From Polymyxa betae A26-41 (Eukaryota > Protista > Endomyxa: Phytomyxea): a stretch of 64,000 bases of DNA. The stretch lies in NCBI GenBank assembly GCA_003693705.1, contig RBZT01000578.1:62001-126000 (forward strand), given 5' to 3'. Positions 60,857 to 64,000 of this stretch are shown piece by piece. The position numbers and the translations under genes were made by a program. Numbering within the stretch: the stretch's first letter is position 1; each line of letters begins with the position of its first letter. Under the pieces are notes generated by a model that saw only the letters and a program-made list of their open reading frames with translations, was not told the origin of the DNA and made no database searches.

Positions 60857-63696
60857 ATGGTGAAGGCCTACCTTAGGTATCAACAGACTGCCTCGATTGG
60901 CGTCGTTTTCAGCTCGAATAGCGCTGCCCTGTTTGATCACAGTGGCCGTCTAGCTATCTGTGGTGCCTTGGAGGCCGTTCAGATCTGGAATGTCAAGCAA
61001 GGGTCTCTAGTTTCTAGCCTGGTCCCAGCTCGAAATTCACCGAATGACAAACCAATCGCAATCACGACGTTAGCGCTTCATCCGAAAGACCCAGTGGTTG
61101 CTGCCGGCTACAACGATGGTTCCATCCGCCTCTGGAACATTTCTTCCTCTGAATGCCTCTTAACTTTCCGTGGCCATAAGAGCTCTGTGAGCGCTCTGAA
61201 TTTCAATGGTGATGGGTCGCGGTTGGCCTCTGGAAGTAACGATACTGATGTCATCGTGTGGGACGTCGTCGGTCAGTGTGGCCTCTTCTGTCTGCGCGGC
61301 CATGTCGACGTCGTCACTTCACTCGTCTTCATTGGTGATAGACTCATTTCATCGTCGAAGGACACCTTCATTAAAGTGTGGGAGTTGGAATCTCAGCACT
61401 GCGTCCAAACTCTGACAGGACATCACCATGAGGTCTGGTCCATTGATGTCGATCCTACTGGGACCTTGCTGATCTCCGGTTCGACGGATCCGGATTTACG
61501 ACTTTGGCGTGTCGGTGACAGCGTCGAATTTATCGGGACTGTTCAGCGCCAGCAGGCCAAGTCTCGTGTTGGATCAGTACGCTTTCATGATGATATTGTC
61601 GGCATTCAGAGTGCCGGGAAAGCTCTGGAATTGTATAGGATCCGAAATGGAAGCGCGATGAAAAAGAAAGTTCGATCTCGAGTAAAACGGTTCAAAGAGA
61701 AGCATGGCGACGATGCCGACATTAGCGAAGTTTCAAGAACGATCGGCTCTGATTATCTTGAGCTAATCCACACTTTGTCCACCAATGACAATCAGCGATC
61801 TTTGGCTTTCGCTGCACAATCGATTCTAATCGGAGTGAGCAGCAACGCGGTACAGGTATACAGTCTGAAGAACACCACAAAAGGAGCTGTTGACATCCCC
61901 TTGGCATTCACTATCGAAGACTCCGGTCATCGGTCCGGTGTTCGCGCCGCCGCCTTAAGTCGTGACGATACCTTGCTCGTATGCAAATATTTTTCTATCT
62001 TTTTTGTCATTTTTTTTATACCTGAACAGGTTACTGTTTCCAATGGCTCGGTCAAAGTCTGGAATACATTTAGCCAGAAATGCATTCGCACGCTACCTTC
62101 AGGATACGGATTATGCTGCGCTTTCGTTCCTGGCGACCAGCACATCTTGATCGGAACAAAATCTGGCGACCTGGAATTGTTTTCGTTGAATAGTGCTGAA
62201 CTTTTACATCGGGTTCAAGCACATTCTGGAGCTTTATGGTCGATCGATCTGCATCCAAATGGATGCGGGTTTGCAACCGGTGGTGCTGACAAGGAGGTCA
62301 AATTCTGGTCGTTTGAACTTATTCAAGATGACGATCCGGCTTCTAAGAAACGGAAAAAGACGCTAGGTGTCGTCCATACACGAACATTGCGTCTGACGGA
62401 TGACGTGCTGTGCGTTAAACATACTCCTGATGGAAGCAAAATTGCTGTATCATTGCTGGATTCGACCATCAAGGTTAATGCAGTTTTGATACAAGTTTCA
62501 GCAAATCAACTCAAATGTCCTGTTGCAGGTATTCCATGAAGATTCGTTAAAATTCTTCTTGTCGCTGTATGGTCATAAATTGCCCGTTCTCTGCATGGAT
62601 ATCAGTTCTGATGGAACTCTTCTTTGCTCCTCCGGTGCTGATAAGAATTTAAAAATCTGGGGTCTCGATTTCGGCGATTGCCACAAATCTCTGTTTGCGC
62701 ATGACGACAGTGTTCTGGCCTGTAAATTCCTGCCTGATACACACTACATCTTCACTGCTAGCAAAGACAAACAGGTGATGCGACTTTTCTGATTGTGAAA
62801 TCATAATCTTATGTCAGATTAGATCCGGTTTTGGGATGGCGACAAATTTGAGCACATTTACTCACTTAACGGGCACCATTCGGAGATCTGGAACTTAGAA
62901 GTTTCCAAAAATGGAGCAATGATTGTCAGTGTTGGCAACGATTGTTCCATTCGTCTCTGGAAGCAAACTGAAGAGCAAGGTTGATTGCCTCAACTAAGTT
63001 TTGATTGTGGTTTGGATTGACCTGATTGTGTTAGTCTTTCTTGAGGCTGAACGTGAAAATCGTCTGGAGGAAATGTTTGAAGAAGGCGCTGTCGAAAAAC
63101 CCTCCTCAGGGATTGGTGCGGTACCCGAATCCGGAATCGTCGGTCCAAAGACTTTCGAATCTTCCGCCGTTCTCGAAAGTACATCAGTAACGACCGTAAA
63201 AAGCGGTGAACGCTTGATGGAGGCGATCGATTTCATTGAATCTGATCGGGTAGCTTTAACAGAGTCTAAGACTCAGGGTAAAGTGCACAAACCAAATCCG
63301 ATGTTGCTAAACATGCCACATCTTTCTTATCTTCTGTACGTGATGAGGTTTGGGCGTCCTTCTGAGCTCGACGTCATTCTTATGGTTTTGCCTTACTCTT
63401 ACGCCAAACGTCTCATTCGTCTCCTTCACGAATTTGTGCATTCTTGCGATAATGATGGCATTGAGCTTGCTGTTCGGTCCGTTCTCTTTCTGCTACAAAT
63501 CCATCATCAACAATTGGTGGCATCTGGAGATTTGGATGACTGTTTGGCTGATCTTCGAGATGCAATCAGAAGCAGAGTCAGAGGCCTCAAAGATCTTGTT
63601 GGTTTCAACATTGCAGCTCTGGAATATCTCAAAGATGATTTACAAAACCAATCCAATTCCTCTTTCTATAACGAACGGGAGAAAATTGTTTCATAA
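60857..63696 (+). CDS. WDR3: WD40-repeat U3 snoRNP protein WDR3/UTP12/DIP2
   Basis: MVKAYLRY start, multiple WD40 repeats, [45 protein letters not shown], and a Utp12 C-terminal domain (GERLMEAI...LPYSY...LVGFNIAAL). Confidence 0.95.
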
Positions 63697-63733
63697 TAAA
63701 CTTAAGTGATATATCGCATTTAATTGACTTTCT

Positions 63734-64000
63734 TTATGGGAGGTAGACCTTCTCAGCTTCTGTAAGTTCATGTTGATTTTGAAGTCGGAATACTTCATTA
63801 ACTGAAGCTATCGTTTTTTCGACGTTGATGACCGATTCGTCTTCGAAGATTCTTTTCGAAATAGCCTGCTGCGCAGATATGGCTGCTCTTAGATTATGGT
63901 TTGCCCATATAATCAGACTAACTCCCTTGTTTCTCCAATGATCAGTAGGGACTTTGTAATAGTTAGTCGGAACAATAACAACTGGATGCCGCCCTCTGTA
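63734..64000 (-). CDS. pepM: Phosphoenolpyruvate phosphomutase, C-terminal 88 aa (5' part beyond window)
   Basis: The minus-strand frame from 64000 reads YRGRHPVVIVPTNYYKVPTDHWRNKGVSLIIWANHNLRAAISAQQAISKRIFEDESVINVEKTIASVNEVFRLQNQHELTEAEKVYLP*. It carries the PepM motifs PVVIVPTxY, IWANHNLRA and EVFRLQ..EL..AE..YLP. Confidence 0.9.
   Translation of the reverse strand, partial: YRGRHPVVIVPTNYYKVPTDHWRNKGVSLIIWANHNLRAAISAQQAISKRIFEDESVINVEKTIASVNEVFRLQNQHELTEAEKVYLP

Overview
Gene-dense eukaryotic nuclear DNA. It has many short (about 45-60 nt) spliceosomal introns, very small intergenic gaps and flagellar genes. This fits a flagellated protist; a phytomyxid/plasmodiophorid (Spongospora/Polymyxa-like) is my best guess from intron size, moderate GC and TTTTAGGG-type repeats, and is inference only. 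Recognisable genes are SKI3/TTC37 (5'-partial and C-terminally short), a CBS+C2 fusion, a KCTD-type BTB protein, CFAP299, a LEA-like protein, an EF-hand protein, NOM1/Sgd1, TAF1, TOR, a TPX2-like protein, a TTLL, a double cNMP-binding protein, NAE1/APPBP1, a RyR-repeat protein, a MEI4-like protein, eIF2-beta, GIGYF, an ataxin-7/Sgf73-like polyQ protein, OSBP, a LOTUS/zinc-finger protein, WDR3/UTP12, and the 3' end of phosphoenolpyruvate mutase (absent from the ORF track). The most notable observations are: (1) short telomere-type repeats (TTT[T]AGGG) inside four introns of three genes, next to the 5' splice site in the G-strand orientation and overlapping the branch point in the C-strand orientation; (2) a PepM gene, implying phosphonate (C-P bond) biosynthesis; (3) a divergent MEI4/PRD2 meiotic double-strand-break factor; (4) an accessory island at about 20.1-24.3 kb holding a 7TM gene, its decayed inverted paralog and another membrane-protein pseudogene. 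Exon boundaries were inferred by eye, and family assignments come from recalled motifs, not database searches.
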